A stretch of 64,000 nucleotides of DNA from an uncultured Chloroflexia bacterium (GCA_963810095.1 CAWEMM010000012.1:480001-544000); one strand, 5' to 3'; shown: positions 1-10,915, counted from the first letter of the stretch. Notes: a model not told the origin generated them from the letters alone. A program made the numbers and translations.

Positions 1-1099
1 CACCCGATGCACCGCACCGCGGAGCAGGTTTACGCGGGGCTTGCAGGCCTGCTCCTGGTCTCAGACGACGAGGAAGATGCGGTCGCACCCGGGTTGAGCA
101 CGGGCGAGCATGACGTGCCGCTGGTGCTCCAGGATCGCCTTTTCGACGCCAACAACCAGTTTCTGTACCAGCCGAACATGATGTGGGGTGCTCTCGGCGA
201 TCGCATTCTCGTCAACGGCTTCGCGGGATACCGCCAGGAGCTCCAGCCCCGCGCTTACCGCCTGCGCTTCTACAACGGCTCCAATGCCCGCACGTACAAG
301 CTCGCATGGAGCGATGGGACCGCCTGGCAGGTGATCGGCACGGACGGCGGCCTGCTGGGCGCACCCGTTAGCCGCGACTACCTGACGCTCATGCCCGGCG
401 AGCGCATCGACGCGTGGTGTGACTTCCGGGCCGCGCGGGCAAGGAAATCACCTTGCGCACCCTGCCCTTTACCGCCGGTACAATGGGCGGCATGATGGGC
501 GGGGGCATGGGCGGCGGCAGGGCATGGGCGGCGCCATGGGCATGATGGGCGGCATGGCAGGGGGCCTCGCTAACGGCGCGGCGTTCGACATTATGACGGT
601 TGCCGTTGGCACAAAAAAGGCCGATTCGCCCCGGCTAGGCACTTTCCCGGCCATCAAGCCCTTTGATCCGAAGGACGTTGTCAACTACAACAGCCCGCGC
701 ACGTTCTCGCTTGCAATGGGAATGATGATGTCCTGGACCATCAACGGCCGGGTCTTCAACGACAACAACATGATGGAAGTGGCGCCGGACGAAAAAGTCC
801 TCCTCAACACGACCGAAGCGTGGGAATGGATCAACAACGGCCCGATACCCCATCCCATGCACATCCACAACGTGCAGTTTCAGGTTTTGCAGCGCCAGGG
901 CGGCATTGCCGGCAGCGACGACCGGTCAAGGCCGGCTTGTCGATACGGGCTGGAAGGACACCGCCGCGGTCGGCCGGGCGAGCGGGTGCGGGTTGCGACG
1001 CGCTTCGCACCCTATGCGGGCCTCTATATGTACCATTGCCACATCCTCGAACATGAGGACATGACGATGATGCGGAACAACGAAATCGTGAAGAAGTAA
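1..1099 (+). CDS. Multicopper oxidase (CueO/SufI-like), 5'-partial, frameshifted near 435 and probably near 925-970
   Basis: ORF 7..495 has HPMHRTAEQVYAGLAG and RLRFYNGSNAR. ORF 419..1099 has the Cu-site motifs HPMHIH and YMYHCHILEHEDMTMM. A Met/Gly-rich insert resembles that of CueO. Confidence 0.9.
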
Positions 1100-1175
1100 G
1101 CCCGGCGCGCGGGCCGGCGGTTCTTTTCCACACCACGCTTGACGCCTTCATCGCCTTGCAAGAGGAGCATTTACC

Positions 1176-1730
1176 GTGAGGGATCTTTACCGGCTGGCGA
1201 CCAAGAACATTGCGGGAAGTTCGTTCCGCAGCGCGGTCGTCCTGCTCTGTGCCCTGGTCGTCACCGGCCTGGCCGTTTCTACACTGTTGATCGTCCGCGG
1301 CGCACAGCAAAGCCTGCAGCTGGCGATGGACCGGCTGGGCGCCGATATCATCGTCGTGCCGGAAGGCGCGGAGACCAAGGTCGAGAGCGCGCTATCTGAT
1401 GGGCGATCCCACCCGGGTGTGGATGCCGGAAAGCGTGCTGGCCCAGATTTCGGCGATCGAAGGCGTCGAGAAAGCGACGCCACAGCTCTATCTTTCCAGC
1501 CTCAGGAACGCCTCCTGCTGCGCGGTCTCCGATATGTTCATGGTGGTTACGATCCGGCCACGGACTTCACCGTGGAGCCGTGGCTCGAGTCGAGGCTGGG
1601 CGGCGGCCTGGGGTTAGGTGAAGCAGTCGGAGGCACCCACGTCTTCGTGCCTGAGGGCGAGCAGAACATCAAGCTCTACGGGTATTTCGTAACGCTGCGC
1701 GGCAACATGGAGCCCACCGGCTACGCTTGA
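1176..1730 (+). CDS. MacB/FtsX-type ABC permease, N-terminal part only (frameshifted; C-terminal TM domain not seen)
   Basis: N-terminal TM helix, then LGADIIVVP. The alternative frame 1399..1617 supplies the periplasmic segment (PQLYLSSLRNASCC). No downstream FtsX transmembrane helices are visible. Confidence 0.65.
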   Translation: MRDLYRLATKNIAGSSFRSAVVLLCALVVTGLAVSTLLIVRGAQQSLQLAMDRLGADIIVVPEGAETKVESALSDGRSHPGVDAGKRAGPDFGDRRRRESDATALSFQPQERLLLRGLRYVHGGYDPATDFTVEPWLESRLGGGLGLGEAVGGTHVFVPEGEQNIKLYGYFVTLRGNMEPTGYA

Positions 1731-1770
1731 CCACATCAGCAAGACTTACGAGGTTGCGAAAGAGAATAAG

Positions 1771-2781
1771 GTGGCGCCGGTGATTTCCGCGAACGCGGGC
1801 GACCTGATCGAAGTGCGCTTGAAGAACCTGGGCGCAGCGAACGCGGACGAATTCGTGCCCGCGGTGGCGCTCGAATTCGAGGATACGCGCATTTTGTCGG
1901 AGGCCACGGTCACGGGCACGATCCCACCCGGGTCTCCCTCGATGGCCCTGCCGGCCGTCGCCGGAGAGCCGGCCTCGGGCAACGTCCTGGTATACACCTT
2001 CTCGGCGCCCGCGGCCGGCAAATATGCCTACACCCTGGTCACTTCCGGGCACGCCGAGCACGACATGGACATGTCCGTGGGCGACATGGCGACCTGCATG
2101 TGTCCCTGCTGCCAGGCCATGCGACGGATGGGCATGAGCATGGGCCCCATGAGCATGGGCGCCATGAGCATGGACGCGAGCATGGACATGTCGGACATGG
2201 GCGTTTTCCCGACGTTGCCGGCGGCCGTCCGAGGCTCTTTTGAGATCCGAGAGCAGGAACCGGCCGGCGGTGACCAAGCCGCGGTCCGGATCGAACGCGC
2301 AGCCGAGAACGACCGCATCCGCGGTTTGCAGGCCGGCACGCCGTTCCAGGTGCTCGTGCCCGCCTACCTGCCGCCCGTATTCGATCGCAGCCGGGCCGAG
2401 GTCCGTACGCTGGCGGCGGCCGGCAGGGGTTCGGTGGTCGAACTGACCTATCGCTCGCCGAGGTCTGCAGTATTCGTGACCGAGTGGTTGCCGCAGGAGG
2501 AAGGCTCTGAAACGCTGGTGGGGTCGACGGGCATCGAGATGGGCGCCACCGGCGCAATGAGCGGCACGATGCCCATGGGCCAAATGGGTGCCATGGGCGC
2601 CACCGGCGCCATGACGGGGACCTCGCAGATGGGTATGATGGGCTGCTCGGCCATGATGGGAAGCACGGGCATGATGGGCTCGACGGGCGTCATGTCGGGC
2701 ACGATGGGCACGACGAACTGTCCGTTGCTTGGCGTCACGCCCACCCCGGCCCCCGCCGCAACCGCGCAGTCCAACTCGTAG
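1771..2781 (+). CDS. Met-rich putative metal-binding protein with cupredoxin-like N-terminal part
   Basis: 336-aa ORF containing ISANAGDLIEVRLKNLG...YTFSAPAAGKYAY...GHAEHDM, CMCPCC and two Met/Gly/Ser-rich tracts. Lies next to the multicopper oxidase. Confidence 0.5.
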   Translation: MAPVISANAGDLIEVRLKNLGAANADEFVPAVALEFEDTRILSEATVTGTIPPGSPSMALPAVAGEPASGNVLVYTFSAPAAGKYAYTLVTSGHAEHDMDMSVGDMATCMCPCCQAMRRMGMSMGPMSMGAMSMDASMDMSDMGVFPTLPAAVRGSFEIREQEPAGGDQAAVRIERAAENDRIRGLQAGTPFQVLVPAYLPPVFDRSRAEVRTLAAAGRGSVVELTYRSPRSAVFVTEWLPQEEGSETLVGSTGIEMGATGAMSGTMPMGQMGAMGATGAMTGTSQMGMMGCSAMMGSTGMMGSTGVMSGTMGTTNCPLLGVTPTPAPAATAQSNS

Positions 2782-2845
2782 CGCGAGCCTGCCTTCTGCG
2801 CAACTCCGTCTCGGCCAGATTGGGCCGCCTCGGGCTGGGCTCCTG

Positions 2846-2873
2846 TATAATGTGGCAAACCGCACGACAGGAG
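2846..2873 (+). promoter_or_regulatory. -10 box (TATAAT) and RBS (AGGAG) of the epimerase gene
   Basis: TATAAT at 2846-2851 and AGGAG at 2869-2873, 5 nt before ATG 2879. No clear -35 box. Confidence 0.45.
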
Positions 2874-2878
2874 CCCTT

Positions 2879-3985
2879 ATGCCCGCTAAGATCACCCGCA
2901 TCGACGTCTACAAGCTGAACGTCGCGCTGCACGAGCCGTTCGTCATCGCGCTCGGCACGAGCTATCAGGCCGAAAACCTCCTCGTTCGCATCCACACCTC
3001 CGACGGGCTGACGGGCTGGGGCGAGGGATCGCCGCTCCCCACCATCAACGGCGAAACGCAGGCAATCGCGTTTGACGCGGCCCAGGCACTGGCCCGCCTT
3101 CTGATCGGCAAGGACCCATCCGACATCGAGGGCCGGGTCGCCGACATGAACGCGGCGCTGCCTCATAACACCTCCGCCAAGTGCGCTCTCGACGTCGCGC
3201 TGTACGACCTGCTCGGCAAAGCCGCGGGCATGCCCCTCTATGCGCTTTTGGGGGGTCAGAACCGCCGCATCCGCACCGACTTCACCATCAGCCTCACCGC
3301 GCCGGAACACATTGCGGCCAAGGCGCGGGCGGTGAAGGCCCGTGGATTCCGCACGATCAAGCTGAAACTGGGGACCAACCGGCAGGACGACGTGGCCCGG
3401 GTGCGCACCGTCCGCGAGGCCGTGGGCGACGACGTGGGCCTGAGCGTGGATGCGAACCAGGGCTGGTCGGCCGCGACGGCTATCACCATCCTCCGAGAAA
3501 TCGATCGTTACGGGGTGGAACACTGCGAGCAGCCGGTGCCGAGATGGGACCACGCCGCACTCAAGGCAGTGAGCGACGGCAGCCCAATCCCCATCGTCGC
3601 CGACGAGGCGTGCTTCGACCACCACGACGCCTACACGCTCGCGCGCGAGCGTGCTGCGAGCATGTTCAACATCAAGCTGAGCAAGTCGGGCGGCATTCAC
3701 ACTGCGCTCAAGATCGCAGCGATCGCCGAGGCAGCGGGCCTGCGCTGCATGATCGGCTGCATGCTGGAAGCGCGGCTGGGCATTGCGGCCAGCGCCCACC
3801 TCGCCGCGGCTCGTCCCGTGATCGCCTATGCCGATCTCGACGGCATCCTGCTCCATTCGGAAGACCCGGTGGCGGGCGGGGTCACGGTCGACGGCGACGA
3901 GTTGGTCCTGTCGGATGCGCCCGGAATCGGCGTGGAGATGGACGAGCGGTTCGTCGAGCGGCTGGAGCGCGTCAGCGTGGCCTGA
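2879..3985 (+). CDS. Dipeptide epimerase (L-Ala-D/L-Glu epimerase, enolase superfamily)
   Basis: KxK motif (TIKLKLG), DANQG, EQP, ADE, NIKLSK and DLD, as in the MLE/AE-epimerase subgroup. Confidence 0.88.
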   Translation: MPAKITRIDVYKLNVALHEPFVIALGTSYQAENLLVRIHTSDGLTGWGEGSPLPTINGETQAIAFDAAQALARLLIGKDPSDIEGRVADMNAALPHNTSAKCALDVALYDLLGKAAGMPLYALLGGQNRRIRTDFTISLTAPEHIAAKARAVKARGFRTIKLKLGTNRQDDVARVRTVREAVGDDVGLSVDANQGWSAATAITILREIDRYGVEHCEQPVPRWDHAALKAVSDGSPIPIVADEACFDHHDAYTLARERAASMFNIKLSKSGGIHTALKIAAIAEAAGLRCMIGCMLEARLGIAASAHLAAARPVIAYADLDGILLHSEDPVAGGVTVDGDELVLSDAPGIGVEMDERFVERLERVSVA

Positions 3986-4111
3986 GTTCGCCCCACCCCT
4001 CCTCGTTCCTGCAGAATGCATCCCGAAATAATCTTGCAGCATCCGACGCGTACGGGAACAAGTGCTGCACTGGCTCCGTCTTCGGGACAACACCAAGCGG
4101 AGGAGTGAACT

Positions 4112-4825
4112 GTGTCCCGTAGAAGTACGCCTCTATTCGTGCTGTTGGCCTTCATGCTGGCGGCCGCATCGGGTTGCGTGGCTGTGCCCGTGAGCAGCAC
4201 GTCGACCGGTACGGGCACGCCCGGATCGCCCATTATCGAGGTGGAGACGGCGAGCGTGCCCTCGACGACAGTAACAGCGGAGCAGACGGCCGGGGTGTTA
4301 CAGCCAACCGTCGAGATGCTTGCGACAGCCACAGAGACGCCGGCCCGCACTGAGACGCCCGTCGCTACCCCTGCGGCGACCGCGACCGTGACGACAACAG
4401 GAACTATCGAAACGACCGCTGTGCCCCTGACGCCCTCGCCGGCGCTGCAGTATTACCGGGGACCTAACCCCTACCGCGCCACACCACTCTTCGAGGTCGC
4501 ATACGACCCCAGCCGGTGGCAGTACGTGGAGGACGACGGAACGGGGCGGCCGAGCCAACTCAAGCACCGGGAGATGGACGGTTGCGCCATCTGGCTGCGT
4601 GCCGGCCCCGTCGATGCGAAGCAGGTGGGCACGGTGTGGCTGGCCGAACGTGCGTGGAGCGTGGCCCAGGTTCAACCCAAGGTGATCGAGTACGTGTCGC
4701 CGCAGGAGGATTTCGCATGGATCTTCGGCGTTCTGCTCTCAGAGGAATTTACAGGGCGGGCCAATAGCAACTGCCAGGATGCGGCCGAGCAGGTCATCGG
4801 GACGTTCAGGGTCGTGCCCGGGTGA
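4112..4825 (+). CDS. Hypothetical lipoprotein with Thr/Pro-rich linker
   Basis: Signal peptide with lipobox-like ASGC, long T/P/A linker, small C-terminal domain with two Cys. GGAGGAG RBS upstream. Confidence 0.7.
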   Translation: MSRRSTPLFVLLAFMLAAASGCVAVPVSSTSTGTGTPGSPIIEVETASVPSTTVTAEQTAGVLQPTVEMLATATETPARTETPVATPAATATVTTTGTIETTAVPLTPSPALQYYRGPNPYRATPLFEVAYDPSRWQYVEDDGTGRPSQLKHREMDGCAIWLRAGPVDAKQVGTVWLAERAWSVAQVQPKVIEYVSPQEDFAWIFGVLLSEEFTGRANSNCQDAAEQVIGTFRVVPG

Positions 4826-4969
4826 CGCTCGGCGCGGGGGGTGCAACGCCTCCCGCCGCCGCCGGTCCTCGTGGTCGGAGCGCGAAGGGCGAGTCCCGAT
4901 TCGCGCTCCCTGCCACCAATGACCACTAATTGCTGCAGCAAAACTTATGTCTCCTAAGTGGAGCAAATG

Positions 4970-4998
4970 TTGTGCGAACGGCGTCACTGAAGTATACT
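4970..4998 (+). promoter_or_regulatory. sigma70-type promoter for the L,D-transpeptidase gene
   Basis: TTGTGC (4970-4975), 17-nt spacer, TATACT (4993-4998). Confidence 0.5.
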
Positions 4999-5060
4999 GA
5001 AGCCCGAAATCGCCCCTGGGGCGCGATGGTTTCGGCATCATTCTCGTTTCGGTAAGGGCC

Positions 5061-6660
5061 ATGAGCACACCACACGCATCCACCCCTCCCGCACCGCAGG
5101 CGCGGCGCAGCATCGCGCCGTGGGTCTTCATTGTCTTCTGGCTGCTCATTCTCGCGCTCGTCGCAGTGCTCGTTTTGTCGCTGGCCAACATTTACCAAGG
5201 CGACGTGATCCTGTCGGGCGTCACCGCGCTGGGACAGGACCTGGGCGGGCGGACGCGCTCTGAGGCCAGCCAGATCATCAAGGGTGAGTGGCAGAACCGC
5301 AAGATCATCCTGGACGCGGACGAGTTGAGCTGGACGCTGTCACCTGAGCAGCTCGGCGTCATCCTGGATGCCGATGCGATGGCAGAGGCGGCTTACCAGC
5401 AGGGTCGCGGGCAGCCGGGGCTCGAGAGCCTCCTGCCAACCGCCCGGCGCATCCTGGCGTCGTCCGGGCTCGTCCCGCTCGCCGCCGACACGGCCGCGGT
5501 CACACCTGTATGGCGTTTTGATCGGGGCGTGGCAACGGAGACGATTCGCACCCTGGCCGGGCAGATTGACGTGCCGGTCGCAAATGCCGGCGTGACGGTC
5601 GTCGACGGCAAGGTGGAGACGACGCCGGGGCAGGCCGGCCAGGCGCTTGACGTGGGCGCCATGCTCACAGCGCTCGAGTCGCAGCCGTGGGAGGTTGCGC
5701 TGGCCCGGCCCCAAAACCTGCCCCTGCGCTTCACCATGCCGGTCGTGCAACAAGCTCCGCCCATCAACGACGTCTCGTCGATCGTAAATGAGATCACGCC
5801 GCTGCTGGGCAGCCCCATCGCCGTGCGCCTGTACGACCCAATCCGGGATGAACGACTGGCATGGACGATCCAGCCCGCGGACATGGGGCGCTGGGTGGGC
5901 GTGGGCGAAGGGCAGGACGAAGCGAGCGGTCAGAAGAAGCTCACCTGGTCCGTCGACGAGACCAAGGTGCGCGACTTTGTCGCGGCTCAAAATGCTTCGT
6001 TCGGCGACGAGCGCTTTGTCGACGCGGATGCCGTCGCGCCGGCCCTGGCCGAAGCGTTTCGGAAGCAGGAGGGCGAGGTCAAGTTCACCGTGAAGCACGG
6101 GGAACGTAAACACGTCGTCAAGCCGGGCGAGACCCTGTCGAGCATCGCATACGATTACGGTTTCCCGTATCCATACCTGATGCTGGCCAATCCGGGCAAA
6201 GACACCCTGCTCGCCGGCGACACCATTACCATTCCGTCCGTCGACGTGCTGACGCCGCTGCCGGCGGTCGAGAACAAGCGCATCATCATCAACATGCCGA
6301 AGCAGACGGTGAAAGTGTACGAGAACGGCCAGGTCAAATGGGACTGGGTGGGCAGCACAGGCATCGACTCCAGCCCGACTTCGCCGGGCATCTTCCAGGT
6401 GCAGACGCACGAGGAAATGGCGTACGCGGCCAACTGGGACCTGTACATGCCCTGGTTCATGGGGATTTACCGCCCCGTGCCGGGGCAGGAATTCATGAAC
6501 GGCTTCCACGGCTTCCCCAGTCGCGACCGGCGGCAGCTGCTGTGGACGAAGAACCTCGGCAAGCGGGTCACGTACGGCTGCATCCTGCTCAGCACCGAAA
6601 ACGCCGAAGCTGCTGTACGACTGGGCCGAGCCGGGCGTCATTGTAGAGATTCAGAAGTAA
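5061..6660 (+). CDS. L,D-transpeptidase with PG-binding and LysM domains (frameshift near 6610; true stop probably 6660)
   Basis: N-terminal TM helix, LysM (HVVKPGETLSSIA) and YkuD catalytic GFHG...TYGCI. The alternative frame gives the typical end LLYDWAEPGVIVEIQK*. Confidence 0.88.
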
Positions 6661-6749
6661 CCCGTTCTCGCCGGCCGCTCTCTTGAGCTGTGGTTGAGGA
6701 GCGAGCCGGTGAGCGGGGTCCGTAGGGTTCGTATTGTGAAGAAGGAGAG

Positions 6750-9121
6750 ATGAAGCAAATGCACCGCATGTTTTCGCGCGTTAGTTTAGTTACCGGCTTA
6801 ATGGTTTTCACGATGGTCGTCGCAGCCTGCGCGACCCTGCCCCCCATTACCGCCGGAACGCCGGCGGCTGCCCTCCCGACCTCGGAGTCCACAACGGGCG
6901 CCGCGGCCACCCCGACGGCCCCTGCTCCAGGCTCGCCGCTGCCCGGGTCCACCTCGGCCGTCGACAACGCGGTTCAGACCCTGGCGACGCAGTTGGGCAT
7001 TAAGGCGGAAGACGTCAAGGTCGTGTCGTCGGGCCAGGTCGATTGGCCGAACGGGTGCCTGGGCGTCCAGCGGCCCGGCATCATGTGTACCGACGCCATC
7101 GTGCCGGGCTACCAGGTGATGCTGGAAGTCGGCGGCAAGCAGTATGAGATGCGCACAGACCTGTCGGGGCAGGTGGTGGTGTTGGCGCCGGAAGGTGTGG
7201 GCATGGCCGCGCTTCCCGAAGCTGCGGTGCGAGCGCGCGAGCGGGCGGCCGTCGACCTGGGCCTCGAACTGGGCCTCGTCCGGATCGTTTCGGCCGAGCA
7301 AGTGCAATGGCCCGATGCCTGCCTGGGCGTGCCCGACCCGGCCGAGCTGTGTGCGCCCCAGGCGACGCCAGGGTACCGGGTGACGGTGGAGACAAACGAC
7401 ACGCAATACGTGTATCACACCGACGAAACCGGGCAGAACATCCGCCGCGAGCGACAGGCGCCGACCGCGAGCAACGTACCGCCCGCGGCGACGCGCGGCG
7501 CGTGACGCGGCCGCGAAGGAGCTGGGCGTCGCTGCCGACTCAGTCACCGTGGTCAGCGCCGAAGCGACTCAATGGCCCGACGCCTGCCTGGGTGTGGCCG
7601 GCCGCGGCGAGATGTGCGCCCAGGTCATCACGCCGGGATATGAAGTCGTTCTCGAGGCGAACGGTCAGCAGTACGTCTACCATACGAATGAAAGCGGCAG
7701 CGTGGTGCGCAGCGCCGGGCAGGCACCCACGCCGCGGGGGACATCTTCGGGGCAGAGCAGCGAGGCGATCGTCGGCCTGCGCAGCGACGTCAGCGGCTCG
7801 TGCGTGGATGTGCGCGTCGATCTCCAGGGCGTCAGCTTCGGCGCGTGCGGCAGCGAGATGACCGCAAGCGAATTCATGACGGGGACGTACCGTCTCGAGC
7901 AACTCATGGACATGCAGCGGACGTATGCGTCGTTCGGCGCCAGCACGCCGGCCGGCAAGGTGACCTTCGCCGGCAAGGGCACCATCGAGGCCAGCCCGAT
8001 CGAGCAGCGCATGGTTGCCGAGTGGGCCAACCTGGTCGGCCTGGAAACGCGTTCGGGCACCCGCATTGCGCTCTACGGTATGGAGTGGAGCCGTGAGGGC
8101 GGCATTGCCGGCTTCTGCGACAACGTGCGGATCGACTCGGGCGGGCACGCGACCTACACGACCTGCAAGCAGGCCGGCGACGCGGTCAGCTGCCGCGCCC
8201 GTGTGGACGCGGCTGACCAGCGACGAGTTGACGCAGTTCTACGGGTGGATGGACCAACTGGGCGCGGTGCAGGCCGAGCAGAAGGACCCGGCCGCGGCCG
8301 ACCAGATGACCGTGCGCGCGAGCTTTGCGGGACGGGGCACGGGCAAGGCCACCACGGCGGACCAGGATGCCATGCTGCAGTTCGGCGCGGCGCTGCTGCA
8401 GCAGTGGGCCAACGCCACGCCGGTGCGCTATCTCAGCTTGCTGACCGACGCCACCATGCGGAGCGGCCCGGGAGAGCAGTTCGACGCGCTCGAAAAGCTG
8501 GCGGCGGGCCAGCAGGCGCTCGTCACGGGCGTGAGCCAGGACAGCAAGTGGTGGCGGGTCGTCTGTGCCGATAATACGGTCGGCAATTGCTGGGTGACGG
8601 GCGACCCTGCGGTGAGCCAGCCCATCGCGCCCGCGGGCTCAACCGGGCTCCAGCCCGGCGCCGAGGGGCAAGCCGCGCTGGACGAGACGCAGGTGCTGGC
8701 AGCCGTCGTGCGCCAAATCTACACGAAGGACGACACGTTCGGCGGCAACTCGAAGCTGCCGCTCGTCTACCTGCTGTCGGTGGACGATGCAGACGGGAAC
8801 GCGATCCCCTATTCCAGCCCCGCCAGGGCGCTCCCTGCGCCGGTGCAACAGGGCGTGGTCGCGGCGCTCAGCGACTTGCCCACGCAGCTCAAGTGGGTGG
8901 CCAGCGCGGGCGAGGTCAAGCGCGACAAGAATAACGTCGTGGAAGGCAATGGGGCCATCATCACGCTCGGCAAAGTACAGCCCCAGCCCGACGGCACAGT
9001 CCGCGTCACCAGCAGCATCTACCTCGGGCCCATGGCTGCGGGCGGCCAAACGTACATCCTGGAGAACCAGGACGGTAAGTGGCAGGTGACGGGCACGATC
9101 GGCGCGCAGTGGATTAGCTGA
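6750..9121 (+). CDS. Large lipoprotein with three WP(D/N)xCLG repeat domains and an SH3-like domain (frameshifts near 7500 and 8190)
   Basis: Lipobox VAAC. ORFs 6750..7505, 7549..8574 and 8015..9121 join in sequence. Repeat unit WPxxCLG-x7-C-x5-PGYxVxL-x7-Y. SH3-like segment MRSGPGEQF...WWRV...CWV. Confidence 0.7.
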
Positions 9122-9271
9122 CCGGACCTAGACGGGTTCCACAAGCCTGGAGGCACGGACATCACAGAGGCCGGGCGCATGAAAGTGCGTCACGTCCTTT
9201 TGGGTCTTCGTGCCTTTTCTGGTTCCCGTGGTTATAATCCGGCGTACACCTTCATAAGGATCGGTGGTCTT

Positions 9272-10066
9272 ATGCCAACGCTGCCAGCCAACGGCATCAA
9301 CCTCTACTATGAGTCGCACGGGCCTCAAGACGGCGAAGTGCTCGTGCTCAACAACGGCATCCTCATGACCGCGGCCAACAGCTGGGGTTTTCAGACCCCC
9401 GTGCTCTCCCGCCGTTACCGGGTACTTCTGTATGACTGTCGGGGGCAGGGCCAGTCGGACCACCCCGAAGCACCATACTCGATGGAGCAGCACGCCGACG
9501 ACCTGGCAGCCTTGCTCGACGGCCTTGGGATTGAGCGAGCGCACATCGCGGGCATTTCGTACGGCGGTGAGGTTGCACAGGCCTTTGCGCTCGGCTACCC
9601 ACACCGCGTGCGCAGCCTCGTCCTGGCCGACACGGTCAGCGAGGTCGGGCTCGAGTTGCGTTACACGGCCCTCTCCTGGCTGAACTACGCGCAAGCCGGC
9701 GACCGGGAGGGCCTCTTCCTGGCGACGGCGCCCTGGAACTTCTCGGCCGGGTTCATCGCCGCGAATCAACAGGTGATGGAAGGTGCGCGCCTGCGCTATG
9801 GCACGCTCGACTACCCTGCAGTCGCCCGGCTATGTGAGGCATTCCTGGCCGTGGACTTCACCAGCCGCCTCGACGAGATCGACGCGCCCACTTGCATTCT
9901 CGTCGGAGAAGCAGACCGGCTGAAAGGGCGCTCCTATGCCGAGATCCTGCACCGCGGCATTCGGGGCAGCGAGCTTCACGTGCTCTGCGGCGCGGGCCAT
10001 GCAAGCTGCTGGGAAGCTGTGGCCGAGTTCAACACCGTCGTCCTCGGTTTTCTGGCAAAGCAGTGA
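9272..10066 (+). CDS. Alpha/beta hydrolase (enol-lactonase-like)
   Basis: YDCRGQGQS, nucleophile elbow GISYGG and C-terminal GAGH. TATAAT at 9233-9238. Confidence 0.88.
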   Translation: MPTLPANGINLYYESHGPQDGEVLVLNNGILMTAANSWGFQTPVLSRRYRVLLYDCRGQGQSDHPEAPYSMEQHADDLAALLDGLGIERAHIAGISYGGEVAQAFALGYPHRVRSLVLADTVSEVGLELRYTALSWLNYAQAGDREGLFLATAPWNFSAGFIAANQQVMEGARLRYGTLDYPAVARLCEAFLAVDFTSRLDEIDAPTCILVGEADRLKGRSYAEILHRGIRGSELHVLCGAGHASCWEAVAEFNTVVLGFLAKQ

Positions 10067-10113
10067 ACGGCCGTTCGAGCTTTCAGGGGGCGCTTGAGAG
10101 CGGGGAAATCTCG

Positions 10114-10824
10114 ATGAAACAACAACTGGATCTGATCGCGTTCGATGCGGACGATACGCTGTGGCACAGCGAAAACCTTTACGCCGCGGCACAGGCCAGG
10201 TTCGCGCAGTTGATGGCCCCGTACGCGGACGAGGCCGCCGCTCTGGCCGCGCTGCACGAGACGGAAATGCGCAACCTTCAGCCGTACGGGTTCGGCGTTA
10301 AGGCCTTCGTGCTCTCGATGATCGAAGCCAGCATCCAACTCAGCGGAGGCGCGGCCGGCAGCACGATCTTCTCGACGCTGCTGGCAACGGGCAAGGACAT
10401 GCTGGCAGCCGAGGTTGAACTGCTGGACGGGGTGGAAGAGGCAATCCGTTCCCTCGCGGCCGCCTATCCGCTGATGGTCATTACGAAGGGCGACCTGGGC
10501 CACCAGGCGGCCAAGCTGGAGCGCTCGGGACTGGCGGACCATTTCCGTTATGTCGAGATCGTGGCGGACAAGAACCGCGAGGTCTACCTGAGCCTGTTCG
10601 CCAAGCACGGCATCGACCCGGCCCGGGTGCTGATGGTGGGGAACTCCCTCAAATCCGACGTCATCCCCGTCCTCGAGCTTGGCGGCTGGGGTGTGTTCGT
10701 GCCCTACACGATACTCTGGGCGCACGAGCATGCCGAACTTCCGCCTGCCCTGGCCCTGCGTTACCGTGAGATCGAACGCCTCGACCGGCTGCCCGAAATC
10801 TTGGAGCAGATCGAAGACGAATAG
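10114..10824 (+). CDS. HAD-family hydrolase
   Basis: Motif I FDADDTLW, ITKGD, and motif IV MVGNSLKSD. Confidence 0.9.
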   Translation: MKQQLDLIAFDADDTLWHSENLYAAAQARFAQLMAPYADEAAALAALHETEMRNLQPYGFGVKAFVLSMIEASIQLSGGAAGSTIFSTLLATGKDMLAAEVELLDGVEEAIRSLAAAYPLMVITKGDLGHQAAKLERSGLADHFRYVEIVADKNREVYLSLFAKHGIDPARVLMVGNSLKSDVIPVLELGGWGVFVPYTILWAHEHAELPPALALRYREIERLDRLPEILEQIEDE

Positions 10825-10825
10825 G

Positions 10826-10907
10826 CGCAGATGACGCAGAGCAGGGCGAGAATGGCCGGATCGTCATTCCGAGGTTCCGTTGATCTGCCTGCTCCGCGTC
10901 GTCTGCG
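10826..10907. repeat. Imperfect 20-bp inverted repeat between convergent genes (probable bidirectional terminator or repeat element)
   Basis: CGCAGATGACGCAGAGCAGG (10826-10845) pairs with CCTGCTCCGCGTCGTCTGCG (10888-10907). Confidence 0.65.
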
Positions 10908-10915
10908 TCGGTTTC

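Noticed and set aside
4999-5060. c-di-AMP riboswitch upstream of the L,D-transpeptidase
   Set aside because: Only one hairpin in a ~60-nt leader; too short and lacking the duplicated consensus motifs.
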